Shown here: in pieces, positions 191,464-207,805 of the stretch | How positions within the stretch are numbered: position 1 is the first letter of the stretch | Layout of the letters: each line of letters opens with the position of its first letter | Origin: Octopus vulgaris | Lineage: Eukaryota | Direction of reading: 5' to 3' | DNA: 248,000 bases | Assembly (NCBI GenBank): GCA_951406725.2 | Contig: OX597814.1 | Coordinates: 169,156,001-169,404,000 of the forward strand | The notes under the pieces: generated by a model | The model's input: only the letters and a program-made list of their open reading frames with translations | Told to the model about the DNA's origin: nothing | Database searches by the model: none | Made by a program: the position numbers and the translations under genes

Positions 191464-192110
191464 AGTGCAAGAGTGAGCAGGAAAAGAAATAGATGGAGAG
191501 TAAGGTGGGAAAAGAGGAGACAGTAAAAGAAACAGAGAGGGAGAGAAAAAACAGATAAAAATTGTGGAAGAGAGGATGAAAAAATATGAATGAAAAAAAG
191601 CTAAGAAAGAGAGAAATAAAGAAGAGAAGAAACTGAGGGAAGAAACTGAAGAAAAATCAGGAGAGAAGAAGAGAGAGAAAGAAAGAGAGAGAGCACAATA
191701 GTGAGAAGGAAAAGAAATAGATGATAAAAAGAGAGATAAAAAAGCAGGTAAAAATTGTGCAAGAGAGGATGAAAAAAAAAATGAATGAAGAAAGCTAAGA
191801 AAGAGAGAAATAAAGAAGAGAAGAAACTGAGGAAAGATCAGGAGAGAAGGAGAGAGGGAGAGAGAGAGAGAGAGAGAGAGAAAGAATTATATGAAGGAGA
191901 GTTAAAAGAAGACCTTTGTGTTAGTGATAATTTTGATCAATAAGTCTTCCTTTCAGGAATGAGATGTGTGCTGAAAGAGGAAAAATCCACGACAGCTGGA
192001 ACTGCTGAGGAATACGAGGAATCAAGAGTGTTGAATGGTAGTGGATTATAAAGAAGGAAGGATAGACTCTATGAGTGTGTGTGTGTGTGTGTGTGCGTGT
192101 GTGTGTATGT

Positions 192111-192149
<39 letters not shown>

Positions 192150-192274
192150 TGCTTGTAACAGTTGCTTTTTAAGAATTTTTTTTTAGCAACACTAGAGAAA
192201 ATGGAAATGAATATGAAGCATGTCATTGTTGTAAAGGGAGACTCTGAAAATATATAGATAGACGTATACATATG

Positions 192275-192318
<44 letters not shown>

Positions 192319-192684
192319 GTTTAACGTCCGTTTTCCATGCTAGCATGGGTTGGACGATTTTGACTGAGGGCTGGCAAAACAGATGGCTGCACCAGGCTCC
192401 AATCTTGATCTGGCAGAGTTTCTACAGCTGGATGCCCTTCCTAATGCCAACCACTCTGAGAGTGTAGTGGGTGCTTTTTACACACCACCGGCACAGGGGC
192501 CAATCAGGCAGTACTGGCAACAACCTCGCTCAAATCTTTTTACATATGCCACCGGCACAGGTGCCAGTAAGGCAACGTTGGTAACATATATTGGTATGTG
192601 TGTGTGTATACATATATATATATATATATACACACACACAATACACATACATATATTGTGAAGGCACATGGCTTAGTGGTTAAG

Positions 192685-192723
<39 letters not shown>

Positions 192724-193039
192724 ATACATATACATATATTGTGAAGGCACATAGCTTAGTGGTAAAGGTGTTGCACTCGTGATTGCAAGATTGTGGTTTC
192801 GATTCCCAGACCGAGCGTTGCGTTGTGTTCTTGAACAAATTACTTCATTTCACGTTGCTCTGCGATCATTTTGATATCTGATATGTGGCACCCATTGCAC
192901 CTGTACAGGTAATGTCGATCTGATGGAGAGAGTGAGCTTATGTCTACACAAACATTTCATCATTATGAACAAATCATCTGCGTGGTTGTTCAGTAAAAAA
193001 TTGTTGAACCCTCATACATCATCTAACAAAGAGAGAGTT

Positions 193040-193097
<58 letters not shown>

Positions 193098-194159
193098 TAT
193101 TATTTGAGGGAATAAAATCCAAACTTACAAGGAAAAAAATTCAATTTAGAAATACTAAATCAAATTTCACACAATATAATATATATAAAAAAAAATTAGA
193201 AAAAAAACACCTTTTATCAATTCAAAATGAACAATTAAATTATACCATCTAGAAAATTACATATAATAGAAATATTAAAATTAAAATAACAATAAAATGT
193301 CAATGATTAAGTAAATTGCAAAAAAATAATAAAAACGTATATGATTGGTAGAATATAGATATGGTTAGTGAGAGCTGTGCAAGCCATGTACAGTGGCTTG
193401 CAAAAGTCTACATCCCCTTTGAAAATTTATATATTTTATATTATTTAACAGGGAACAACACATTTTTTCAATTCCAATGATCGTTAAATAATAAGCAGAT
193501 CCATCACACTTTCCTTTGATATAAAAATTTCATTCTAAAAATTTCACACTGATTCTTAAAATCATATAACTTAGAAAAATGTCTTTGCAAATGTCTACAC
193601 TTGCCAGATATTATACTGTGTTATCAGGTAGTTTGTCATTGATGTATACAATCCAAAACAATCAAAAGTGACATGTGCGTTCTACCATAACAAACAAACT
193701 TGGCCAGTCTATCATTTTGCTATATAAGGAGATTTAACTGCCTACAAAATCATTCACCACATGGTTTTTCGGTATGTTAAACGATGTTGATGATGATGAT
193801 AATGATGATGATGACGTATGAGCATTCAGTTTTTGCCAAACATCCTGTATAAATGATTTGTTTATGGTGATCAAGTCTTCATGCCGCACATTAGCTCACT
193901 CTCTCCATCAAATAGACATTAAAATAAACCCATTACCAGTAAAGAAAGTATATGAAAGACTTCCGAGATGAGTTCAATAAATTCACTTGCCGTGGGGAGT
194001 GAAGAATCTAATATTCCTGGCTGTTGCCCACAGCCATGCAACAACCTCTCTTTCTCTGTCTCAGACCAAAGGTTATGCTTCGAATATTTAGGTTTTGAAT
194101 TCTCACAGGAACTCAAAATGTTATGTTAATTCAAGAACAGACTTTTAGGTGATAACTCA

Positions 194160-194500
194160 AGTTTCCTAATTGTTCTATATTTAAGAGATGAGGAATTATG
194201 TACATTATATGCCCATGGGCATATGGCATAGTGGTTAAGAGTGTGTGCTACTAACACCAAGATTCCGAGTTCAATTCCAAGCAGTGACCTGAACAATAAC
194301 CATAATAATAATAATTATAATAACAATAATAGTAATAACAAGATCAAAAAATACTTTAGAAATAAGGACCCAGGTTTGAAATTTTCCCAAGACACCTGAA
194401 GAAGGCTGAAGGGTATATCAGCTGAAATGTTGTGTTAATAACAAACAAGATGAGGACAAATGTCTGTTGAATGTAAATAATGCAAATAATGTCAAGTTCT
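194160..194500 (+). mobile_element. tRNA-headed, hammerhead-bearing element (cleaner copy)
   Basis: Head gggcatatggcatagtggttaag...gagttcaattcc, (AAT)n, CTGAAGA-AGGCTG aagggtatat CAGCT-GAAAT. Confidence 0.55.
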
Positions 194501-194988
194501 TGAATTTTACTTGAAAGGAAGTTTCTATTTCACTGAAATGAAATAATTTCTGCTGCTTTATTTCAGCATTTTCTGACCAGGATTACTCAAGAAAGCACTA
194601 GATATTCCTCTGGAAAAGTGCATTTTCGAGTAATTATTTTGTGTTTAATTCTATGCTTGCAGTTTTATTGTACTACCAAATCAGATTCCTTGGTAGTAAA
194701 GAGATTCTTGTGGGAAAGGTCAAGAAGTTAAAACATTGATAAACAAGGTTCCTCAAAAGTGAAATGGTTCCAAGAGGCTGTTGTATTCCTTCAGTATGTA
194801 TATATATTCTTTTATTCTTTTACTTGTTTCAGGCATTAGACTGTGGCCATGCTGGGGCACTGTCTTGAATTTTTCAGTCGAATTGACTTCTTTTTTTAAG
194901 CCTAGTACTTATCCTATCAGTCACCGTTGCTGAACCGCTAAGTTATGAGGACATAAACACACCAACACTAGTTGTCAAATGGTGGTGA

Positions 194989-195029
<41 letters not shown>

Positions 195030-195550
195030 CAATGAGCTTCTTTCAGTTTCCATCTACCAAATCCACTCACAAGGCTTTGATCAGCTTAGACTTTTTTGGG
195101 GACAACCAAATCGAACCATCTCAAGGTGCCTTGCAGTGGGACTGAACCTGGAACCATGTGTTTGGAAAGCAAGCTTCTTTCTACACAGTCATGCCTGCGC
195201 CTCTATATACTGTATATATATATCACACACATAGAGTCTCTCACACGCATGCATGCACATACAAGTGAGTATACAAACAAAAGGAAGTAACACTGTGTGC
195301 TCAGTAAGAGTTACTTATATTTTATAGTAATAGTTTGACTCAGCTCCATCTGACTTAATGTTTCATGGGCTTATAGGATGAATCTATCTCATCGGTTCAT
195401 GAAATATTTGTGGTGGCTTGGTGCTTTTATTCAGTTTCTGTCTTCTTGATAGGACATTGTCCGTTGTCAAAATACATAATTTTATACAGAAAGTATTTAT
195501 AATTTATGCCTACCATGAATAAATAAATAAATAAATTAAGTAATTAATAA

Positions 195551-195584
<34 letters not shown>

Positions 195585-195627
195585 TATAGAAAAACCATTA
195601 TTCCCTCTAAGTTTGGAGTTTTATTAT

Positions 195628-195744
<117 letters not shown>

Positions 195745-196323
195745 TACAGAGAGAGAGAGAGAATTCACTTTGTAGAGACACTATGAAAAAGACTGTCTGA
195801 TACAGACTATATAAATAATAATTGACAGACAGACAAACATACAGATGGATAGATAGATAGAAGGAATTCTGTGTGTCTGTGTTTGAATTAAGAGAGATGT
195901 TGGTAGAATTGAGTAAATAGAAACCAAAATGAAAAAAAAATCTGAACAATTTTATTCAGAGAAATATTGGAGAATTCTGTCTGTGAAATGTCGTTAGTGT
196001 TATTAGCAAAATGCTATGATCGTCTGTTTAATAGACTGTGCTCGTCTGTTTTTAATAGAACTGTGATCGTCTGCCTTTTCACCATTATTCAAGCAGACGA
196101 CACTCAAGTATATACTTCGTTGTTAGATGTCTAGCACTGCATCAGTCAATGGTTCGTGCCACCAATAACATCGTTTAGATGTGTACTAAACACACACACA
196201 CATAATTTTATTTCTATCATGTATTACTGCACTTCACTTAAGAATTTTTTAGGCAAAGTGTGGATGCAATTGGGGCAAGGTTTGTGAACTTAACTTTAGC
196301 TTGAAATTCTACGTTCTTTCCTC

Positions 196324-196740
196324 GGATCTTTTCAGTTTGAACGGCAGTTTTTAACATAATTTCTAGGTGACAAAAAAATTTAAAACTTCGTATAATGGTA
196401 GAATGTGTTTAAAAGCATCTTTTTCTCTTGGCTTTATTGAGAAAATTCTATAGTTTGTAAGATATTTTTTGTTTTCTTTTCTTCAATTTCTGCAATTTCA
196501 ACCAATCACTGACGTCTATTGAGTTAAAAAACATTCTGTGCCATATGAATATGTCCCTCGTTTAAGAAACAGATTGGGTTTATTTACATTTGTGAAGAAA
196601 AAAAGATACTCTTCCCCCCACCCCTAACCTTAACCCTAAAACAGATTGCTATGCAACAGATCAATACTAGGGTCATAATTATGGGTGACAATTTCATATG
196701 ACACCACTAGAAAAAACTGCCGTTCAAACCAAAAAGATCC
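196324..196740. mobile_element. hAT-type MITE with 8-bp TSD
   Basis: TIRs ggatcttttcagtttgaacggcagttttt; TSD ctttcctc on both sides; second copy at 76186-76623; short TTAGGG-like tract inside. Confidence 0.8.
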
Positions 196741-199700
196741 CTTTCCTCCGTCAGTGTTGCTTGCCACGGATATATACACACAGTTATTCCATTTTAGACT
196801 TACTTCCTTAAAAAAAAATTAGCCTACTGAGAAACATTTTCATCTGTTGTACGACTTTCATAACTGCCAGCAATTTTGAGGAGTCGGTTAATCGATTAAA
196901 TCAATCCCTATACTTGACCGGTACTTCATTTCATCGACCCCGGAGGGATGGAATGTAGAATTTGACAATGCTTGACAAAACAGTAATTCCTCGTATAAAC
197001 TGTTTTATCCAAATATATGACAAAATATCAATAACTGATCCATATTTCTAATGTCGGAATTCTCATTCAATTGAATGGTAAATTTAATACTTTTGGCAGT
197101 TATTTCAATAAACTGCTGAAATTAGTTACAGGTCCTTGTCGACTTACGACCTATCCGACTTACGACCGATTGACTTTACAAAGACTGATGTGTCAGCTCC
197201 CGGTAGCAATAATAAATAGTTCAGTTGAAATCTAATGAGTTTAATTTCTTAGCAATTAACCCATCTATGGACGATGTCAGCTAACAAACGTTTCCCCTAG
197301 GTTTGGTTATTGATCGTCACTGTGTTGGATGACTATCCTGTCACGGAGATATTGAGGTACCACATATTTTTTTGTAAGACGACCGCTTCAGACTCTGAAA
197401 TTTTTGACTAACGCCTGTATAATAGTATAATACAGAATGATGTGTGTAACCATTACCTGTGAATGTACCTTACCCTTTTGTTACTGTATTTATTTTGAGA
197501 TGCTCTGTGTTTCTTCCAATTATTTTAAATATAACAAAGAATTTAGTAAAATAACATTGTTATCATTAAGCTAGTGTTAGGAACATAAATTGTGACTAAG
197601 ATTTAGTGGAAGATTTGAATTCAAAACTTATGAAAACAAGACATTTATACTAAAGAGCCAGAGCCGGTTTCAGCCGGGTTGGTAATGAAAGGGTTAAGAA
197701 TGTAAAATTATAAAACAAAGCTATGTAGGCCTATAGGTCGACTTTCAACCAGTCAGTCAGAACCAATTATGGTCATAAGTCGATGACAACCTGTATTACT
197801 AATTTCTGTGAGTCATTTGCAAATACCATATCTGCCAATAGTGGAATGTCTCTTATTTTCCTTGCACAGATCTTTCCGTGAAAAATTCATGATTTTACTT
197901 GCCGTTGGCAATACAAATTCATTACCAGTTTTGTGATTGGTTTCTTAGTTTTTGTAATTAAGTATACAGTTTTGTATGATAACTCTATATTTTACTCCAA
198001 CCAGTGTTTATTTTTCAAAATATTGTTTTGTCCTTTCAAAAAATTCAGCAATTTTCTTTGAAGTTATAATGATTTGTTTTGCCTAAGAAGCATGTCTACT
198101 ATTGAGATGTTTTAATTTAGAAAGATTTCATATTTTCATTTGCCTAATATTCGTTACAATTAAAGTGACTGGACGGTGTTCTTCATGCCTAAGAGCTAAA
198201 GTAAACCGATATTGGGAGAGAGAGAGAGAGAAAGAGAGAGTTCGGTCGTAATTTTAATTTTGTGCAGCATTATTCAGTCACTTTCAGATTCAGGTCACTG
198301 CTTCCAGCTTCTGAAAGAACTACCACTTCACCCTTTTAAATGTCATGTTCTTCTTTGACAAATTTAACCCAAATGAAAGTTAGTCAAGATGGCATTATTA
198401 CTTGTGTAATAAATTCAAAATTGAAATATTTAAAACCTCGTTTTTTTTTTTTATACATTTATTAAAATAATTAGATGCGATATAAAGTTATGCTGGAAAA
198501 CGGAAAAAAATTGCTTAATTTGTTGATTTTACATAAAAATTATACAATTACACACAAGTTACAATTAAATTAACTCAATGATACAGACTGATGCGACAGT
198601 TCAATCTACTTTCAGATTGAGAATTCAAAATCATGGCTGTAAACACACATCATGTTAACACCACCATTCGCAAATAAACATTTTCCTCTTTTAGTAAAAC
198701 ATACAGCCTGATCATAAATCAAGGTGCAAAGTATTGCGAAGCACAATACCAAAAACACAACTAATCATTAGAAAATGTTACTAAAGGTACGGAAATTAGT
198801 ATTGCTTACAAAATATACAAATATCTTGTTTGTATGTGCTCTGTTACTCTATCGACATGGGTCGTATTTCTAGTGGAAATGTATAAATAAAATTATGTAT
198901 ACACAACTCGTTTTCATCAGAAGGTGATAGAATGAGAAGTATGAAAGTGATAATGCTTTTTATACGCTTTAGCATTACCACAATTCTTAAAACTTATTGC
199001 CCACAAGGGGCTAAACACAGAGGGGACAAATAAGGACAGACAAAGGGATTAAGTCGATTACATCGACCCCAGTGCGTAACTGGTACTTATTTAATCGACC
199101 CCGAAAGGATGAAAGGTAAAGTCAACCTCGGTGGAATTTGAACTCAGAACATAACAGCAGACAAAATGCTGCTAAGCATTTCATTGGCATGCTAACATTT
199201 CTGCCAGCTCGCTGCCTTAAAAAGCATTACCACAATTCTTAAAACTGCCAGAATCTACAGACCCCAACTGAAAATTCAAGAAAACTCAAATGTCATCTGT
199301 TAGAGAAACACATTGGATCCATAACCAAGAATCGAAGCCTTGGTCTTTTATGTTTCGGTCTATTGTTCTTGGTATCTGCATTTGGAATTTATTATTTCAA
199401 CCTGTCAAATTGGTGAACATCTTAGGTGAGACAGAGTTCAGTTTAGATGTCCCGATCAATTCTGTTGTTATTGACTTAATTCAACTTTAGCACAGCTATA
199501 AATTCGAGTTACCTATAGAAACTCATTCTCTTTTCTCAGGAACTTTTAGAGAATTAACTTCTCTCTTTCTCTTTTCCTTTGCCACATGGTAGAGAATTAA
199601 CTTGTCATTAGTGACAACCACACGTGAGCAGGCTGCTACAACAACTGAAAGATTCTCTATCAAAACTAACATTTTTATTTACTTTCAAGCCGTTGTAGTT

Positions 199701-202700
199701 GTGAAAAACTTTGTTACGATTGAACAAAATCTATGGTAATCATAAACTATTTCTTTCAATACATCTGGAAATGGTAAACTATGCAACATGCAACCTCTCC
199801 TCAAATGCTTCCTTTCTCAGCCTTTTCTATAACTTGCAACGTCTCCTCTGTGCTACAACCTGCCAATCACAATTATGCCATTATATTCAATGACCTCTAC
199901 ATATCACATTTAACTGCTACAGTTGGTAACTCCCGACGCTTCCAGCACGCTACACATCTCTCGGGGGTAGAACATGAAAGACCATGGGATTGCACCTAGA
200001 AAGTTATCCTCAGAGGCACAAGTCCGAGCAAGGTTATTTATGGAAGACCAGCAGTCGCCCATAACATTCTCTCCTCTCCACATCACCGATGTTATCCAAG
200101 CAAAAGGCAAAGGCTGATACAGCTTAGCACCAGTGACGTCACAAATCATTTCTACAGTTAAGTGAACTCGAGCAACATGAAATAAAGTGTCTTGCTCAAG
200201 AACACAACATACAGCCCGGTCTGAGAATCGAACTCACTACTTCATGATTGTCAGCTCGACGCTCTAGCCACTGAACCATGTGCCTTCACATAGGGTAATT
200301 AAAAGCAGTAACGTTCATATACTGTTGACTCAAATGTTGCTGAAGGTGAGGTGTGTACATGTTTATTTATATACACATTTCAATACATATGTATATTTAC
200401 ACACAAACACACCTATGCCCAGGTAAAGGTTATATACAATGTGTATGTTTTATTGAACTTCGATTACGTATCATTGCGTTTAATCTCTATCACTCTCCCC
200501 TTTCTATTTATAAATGAGGGTGTGTGTATAATTTTTACAAGGAAAAGATTGAAAGTTACGTTTAAGTTTGTCTAACCTTATATATACTTTTTAGTTCAGC
200601 TTGTGGGTAAAGCATTGTGGTTGCAAGGTTGGTGTGCATACACAAACACTTGCAAAAACACTTGTGCAAAACCATTGTCAATATTGTTAGTTTTAAATAA
200701 ACATACATAAATACATAGTACATACAGTCTTTTGTCTGTGTATGTAGCTACAAAACTACTCACACACAGACCAATGTTTCCCAGTAGCTCGTATCAAATC
200801 TTTTCTACTTATTAATATATATATATAATCAATATATATATATATATTTCATTATATATTCATATATAAATTAATCCGCTTAAAATATAAGAAAACATCA
200901 TTTATTTCAATAAAACATATGATATATAATTAATCCCGAATGTTTAATGAAAAATGAATAATAAAAATAAAACAAAAAAAAAATTGTTCCATAATTATAA
201001 CCAATTCAACGAATTGTCCAATTTTAATCAGTATCTTGAGTTTAACGGCATTTTTTCTGGCTCTACATTTTTAGAACCAGTTAAGTACTGAGGTCGGAGG
201101 GATTGACAGGTTCCCTCTTCCTAAAATAACTGGCCTTGCGCTAAAGTTAGAAAATTTTGTTTGTAAGATGTTGAGACATCTTCTTCCCTTTCTCTTCCTT
201201 ATCTTCTATATTTTTTCGGATCTTTTCTGTTTGGCTGCATTCACATTTAAGTATAGTATATTAATACCTCAAAATGAATACTGTTGGAAAAATTGAGATA
201301 ATAAGGATTGATTCATCACTAAAAGATATACCCATACCAACCACGGACTATTACATCATAGAATTAATATATAAGATTAACGAATTTATAAGATATATAT
201401 GTATGCTAATAAGGTTCTCATTTTATTAAATGAATAAATAATCCAACATTCTAATATCCGAAAGTTGATGAACAAACTAAATTTGTTTCTCCATTTTCTT
201501 ATTTGTATTATAAATTAAAGGTAAAAATATTTCTTTACCTTCATCCGTTTAATACAATAAATGAGTTAATTGCATTGCAATTAAAAGCATTTATGTATTA
201601 AGAATCTGAGTACTTTACCAACAGTATATTGGATAAATACTATCCCTTAGTGGGTTACACCCATAACCCCTAACTTACTTTGTGTTATAAAATTAATTAT
201701 TTGAGGAATATCTATTGCTAATACTTGTATATGTATGAATTATCTATGCAATATTTGGAGTATTGCTAGTATAAGTGAATGCAATTAAGTATAGTATATT
201801 AATACCTCAAAATGAATACTGTTGGAAAAATGGAGATACTAAGGATTGAGTCATCACTAAAAGATATACCCATACCAACAAAGGACTATTACATCAAAGA
201901 ATTAATATATAGGAGAATTTATAAGATATATATGTATGCTATTAAGGTTCTCATTTTGTTAAATGAATAAATAATCCAACATTCTAATATCCGAAAGCTG
202001 ATGAACAAACTAAATTTGTTTCTCTATTTTCTTATTTGTATTATATATATATATATATATGTATGTGTGTCTATGTTTGTGTCTGTATTTGTCCCCCCAA
202101 CATTGACAACCGATGTTGGTGTGTTTACGTTCCCGTAACTTAGCGGTTTGGCAAAAGAGACCAATAGAATAACTACTAGGCTTACAAAGAATCAGTCCTG
202201 GGGTCAATTTGCTTGACTAAACAAGTAAAAGAGTAAAAGAGTATACTGCTTAGAACACATTCAGATAAATTTGTTTTTTTTTTGGTTTTGTTGTTGGAAA
202301 TGGAGATCTTTACCATTTGGTGCCCTGTGCTGAATTTCCGAAATTTTCTGCATAAATGTAGTTTTGTATGCTAATTACGAAAATCACGTTTCTTTGTTTT
202401 TCTTCTTTTTTTTTTAGCAATACTTTCCAGCTTTTGCTCAGGGCCAACAAGTTTGAAGAGAGAGAAAAATCAATTTTATATAAATCAATACTCAACTAGT
202501 ACTCATTTTTTTCTACCCCGAAAGGATAAAAAGCATAGTTGACCTAGACCACATTTGAACTCGGAACGTAAAGAGCCGGAAGAAATGCCACTGAGAGTTT
202601 TGTCTGGTGCAGTAATGATTCTGGCAGTCCATTTTGGGGAGGGAATGAAGTTGAGTATATTGACCCCAGTGTTTCACTGGTACTTAATTTATCGACCCTG

Positions 202701-205097
202701 AGAGGATGAAAGGCAAAGATCAACTTTGCTTTTCATCCTTTCGGGGTCAATAAATTAAGTACCAATGAAACACTGGGGTCAATGTACTCAACTTCATCCC
202801 TTCCCCCAAAATGGCTGCCATAAGTGACAAAATTTGAAACCATTATTATGATTATTATTATTATTATTATTATTGCGACATAAATAATAAAAACAATATC
202901 AAAACAAACCTTTTAACATTGAAATTATTGTTAATTTTAGCCCAACAGAAGCCTCAATAACCGACATGTCAGAAATTGTAATGTGTTTTCCTAGCAACAC
203001 AGTACAGGTAGGTTGCCTCAAAACAATTGTGGAAGCAGATGAAATGATGTTCTCAAGGATACATTTAGGGTTCGGCTTCTGTGGTAGTTAATTTCTTTTA
203101 TTTGGAACTGGTGTACTCATTGAGCCACCTTACCTTTTGCTTTGCTGTGTAAATTAGTTTCATGATGTCAGTTCAGACTTCATGCCAAGATGTCACAGTT
203201 TTATAAGAAACGACCTGGGAATCCAAGACAAAATGTAAAGTTTCTTTACGATCAGTATATTTCTTTCTCAGCTCACATTTAACTACTCTTTTACTTGTTT
203301 CAGTCATGTGACTGTGGCCATGCTGGAGCACCGCCTTTAGTTGAGCAAATCGACCCCAGGACTTATTCTTTGTAAGCCTAGTACTTATTCTATCGGTTTA
203401 TTTAGCCGAATCGCTAAGTTACGGGGACGTAAACACACCAGCGTCGGTTGTCAAGCGATATTAGGGGGACAAACACAGACACACAAACATATACACACAC
203501 ATACATATATACGACGGGCTTCTTTAAGTTTCCATCAATCAAATCTGCTCAAAAGGCTGTGGTCGCCTCGAGGGTACAATAGAAAACATTGTCCAAAGTG
203601 CCACGGTGTTTGATTGAACCCGGAACCATGTGTTTCGAAGCAAACTTCTTATCAAACAGCACGCCTGCGTTGTGATCAGTAAAAAAAAAAAACCCTACGA
203701 ATCTTAATACACTTTCAAGAATAAACGAGTTCTTTTAGCCCTGTACTATTATAGCATTCAAACATATCTTGACAAAAGAAAATATAGCCATTGTTTGCAC
203801 AGTTAACTCAAGATACGATTTTCCCTAAACTCAGTAAGGTCTAAAGCAGTTAGCGGTAAACTGCAGCCTGTAGGACTTGGGACTTTCTAAATGGCACCCT
203901 TAACGAAAAATTACCTCGAATTCTTTTTAGCAGTGCGCCCACCGAACCCAGGTAAAAAAAAAAAGTTACAGGAAAAAAGTCACAGGAAAAAAAAAATGGT
204001 AACGCTAGCACTGTTTCTGCATCTTTCTCTAATAGAGAAGTTAACTGTCGAATTCTCACCCTTTTAAGCTTAATGTGTCAATCAGTTTCTAAAGGAATAT
204101 GCAGAACTGATGGTAAATTAATGATTTTCTTTCCTAGCCAAAATTGCGACTTCTTTTCTATGTGACTTTATTACCGGCCACTGCGCTAACCTGATGATGA
204201 ACCATGTCCCATGTTGCCCGCTTTTCGAAAAACGTAGCTCATTCTTAGTCTAACGAAGTCAAACTGAAAGAATACGTTAGGCAACGATGTAATTCTAGAT
204301 AAAATGAGATGACGGCAAGAGTTAGAATGTTAAATTACGAATACAGTTTATTTTGTATTATAGCTTAAATGGCTAGACACGGGAATCATTAATGTAATTA
204401 TCAAGATGGAATTTACGTGACACTGTGTATAATAAGGTTTAGTAAAATCCATCTTGCGTTAAAATATTAGTAGCTAAATATTCCACGGGTATTCGTATAA
204501 TTAGAGTAATTCTCAAATAGCTATTTGCGTCACCCAAAGTATACAAGGTCATGGCTTTTACATTAATACAGATCCCTTTGTTCATTTTATATTCTATTTT
204601 TATTTTTAAATTCCAATTATCTTCCCAATTTCACTCAAATAACTTGGGTCTACCCTATGTCACGGTAGAATACATTTGCCCAGTTATTGGTTTATGACAG
204701 CGAATCGACTTCTGGAGCATTCAACCATGCTTACGTTCGAGATTTCCTGTTTTTCTTTATTGGGTTTTTCTTTTATTTTGCTATTTTCTTATTTTAATAA
204801 ATTGTATTATTTTTTTCTTTCAATTGTTGTTGTTTTCCCGAGTTTTTATTGAAATATTTCCAGTGTTAAAAAAAAATTATAAAAAGAAGCACGTGTGTGT
204901 TCGTTTTTTTTTTTTTTGTATGTGTGTAATAAATACACACATACAAAAATACAACTACGAAGTCAAACCGAACACGACACGCAATTATACAAAACCAAAT
205001 ACATTCGCATCCATACAAACATACACAGCACGAGCTAATAAGGATCCCCTTTGCTGAACGTTATCGATTGAATTACAAGAAATAACAGCCAAATTAC

Positions 205098-205166
205098 CTT
205101 CCCCGTGATCCCAACTGTCTTATAATAGGAAGTACCCTTTAGAAAATATGGTCCTAGACAGAACAT
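205098..205166 (-). CDS. Candidate 5' exon (MFCLGPYFLKGTSYYKTVGITGK, or UTR)
   Basis: gtctttgtttttacag acceptor, AAG|gtaatt donor; lies inside a CpG-retaining domain. Confidence 0.28.
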
Positions 205167-207577
205167 CTGTAAAAACAAAGACATGTCAACCAGAGCTAGC
205201 CTGGGCATAAAAAAAACGCATATACCATTAAGTCGCGCACACATACAACGTAGATAAGAATTCTCATACATATTTATATTATCATGCATACATATATTAC
205301 ATACACATGCATGCATTATCAACCATAAAGACAAACATTCATTCACTTAATTTTCGTTTAATGGACAGAGTTTTGGAATAGTTCTTCCTGGAAGTCTTAT
205401 ACCTGATAGAAAAGAAAAAGGGTACGGTAGTAAGGATGCAAAAGTTTTTATTAAAAAAATGGAAATTTTTCCGAACAAATTTCTTCTGCGTTTAATTTCC
205501 ACTGTATAAAACAATAACTAAAAATATTACCCTTTTCCTTTCACATAAGGTATGGAACTTCGAGGGGGAAAAACTACGCCATTAAATGTAGGTATTCATT
205601 CAATTTTAGTCTCGCTACGAAAACAGATGTTTATTGCAAAAAGAAGAAAAACGAGAGAAAGAAAAAGAATTGGGGATCGTATATTTTGGAAAGATATACA
205701 AACATTTGTTTACATCTTGCAGTGAGGCTAAAACTGCAGAGATACCAGAATAAAATTCGAATTATCAATTAAACGGTGTGTATCGCATAATTAATGAATT
205801 AAATACCCCTCTTCGTTGTCAATGAATGCACTATTGTGCAAATTAGACCGGTTATATCAGCTGAATTCTAGTTTGCGTTTGATTTAAATATATAGCAATA
205901 CCCTATTAATCTCTCCGTGGGTAGAAAATGCAGATATTTGTTGTTATATACGATGAAATAAATAGACAGGGCGATCCCAAATTCTTCTCTCTGCCCACGA
206001 AGTGATAAAAAAAAACATTTGCTTATGCCCAAATTGTTGGCATTAGGTGTTTACCGACGTTAGATTTCAGATTATGCAATAAAATGCTGTATATTGCATT
206101 ATTAATTAATGAATTAGACATACATAGTCATTTCCACATGTTACATTCGGCAATGTACACCCACACGAAAGCGCAGACACACACACACACATAACTAACC
206201 TCGAAGCCGACTACACAAACACACAGCAGATACAATGGTACACATATGCACGCATACGTGACCAAGGAAATAATTACGAATAACACAATTATCCAAAGAG
206301 GCAATCACAGGCACGCACACATACCTGTCTGTCATAAATATATATATATACACACACATACACACGTTCACGCTGTATAGATAGATAAATACACGCATCC
206401 AGGATGTGCGGATACAAACATACACATACATCCATAGACTGCAAACACACACGTATATAGACACGCATTTCCGCTGTGTAAATGCATACATACACACATC
206501 CAAAACGTGCTGAGGCAATCACATAGCCAAACTCTTCACTCACGTATACATCCATTATATGCACACACACACGAACACAAATTATATATATCGACACATA
206601 CATAACACTATTTGAGCCACGCTATACACTATACCAATCTTTATATCTCCTAAAGTACACACACACACACGCGCACGCACGCACGAACACACTCATGTCA
206701 TCTTAACAATGGAAACAGACACTACATTGAACTAAGCGTGTGTGTATGTGTCAATAAAGCGAATAGCAAATTGTACCACGTATATATATATGTGAATGAG
206801 TGTGTGTGTAGAACTAACTGTATTGCGTATATAGAGTAAATTACATTATGTGTATAGGTGACTGAGTGCGTGTGTAGAGCGAATTATACTGTGTACATAT
206901 GTGAGTGCGTTTACAGCGAATTGTATTGCATATGTATGTGCGTGTGTGTACAGAACTGTTGTAATGACTGTCTAGAAATTATACTGTACGTGAACGAAGC
207001 TTATTATATCGTGTATGTGTTTGTGAATGTATCGTTATTGTAACTGCGTGTTTCTGGTGTGTAGTGCTTTATTGTTTGTTACTCGATGTGAATCTGTGCA
207101 TTTGTTTTGGTATGTGTTTAAGGTTGTAATGCTATCTATCTATCTATCTATTTATTTATCTACCTTCCTACCTACCTACCTATCTATCTGTCGGTCTAAG
207201 TATCTATGTCTGCCTGTCTGTCTATCTATCTATTTATCTATCTGTCGGTCTATCTTTTATCTATGTCTATCTATCTATCTATCTATCTGTCGGTCTAAGT
207301 ATCTATGTCTGCCTGTCTGTCTGTCTATCTATTTATCTATCTGTCGGGCTATCTAAGTATCTATGTCAGTCTATCTATCTATCTATCTTTCTATCTATCT
207401 GTCGGTCTAAGTATCTATGTCTGCCTGTCTGTCTGTCTATCTATTTATCTATCTGTCGGTCAATCTAAGTATCTATGTCTGTCTGTTTGTCTATCTGTCG
207501 GTCTAAGTATCTATGTCTGCCTGTCTGTCTATCTATTTATCTATCTGTCGGTCTATCTAAGTATTTATGTCTGTTTG

Positions 207578-207640
<63 letters not shown>

Positions 207641-207641
207641 G

Positions 207642-207709
<68 letters not shown>

Positions 207710-207749
207710 CCTATCTATCTTTCTGTCTATCTATCTATCTATCTCTCTG

Positions 207750-207805
<56 letters not shown>

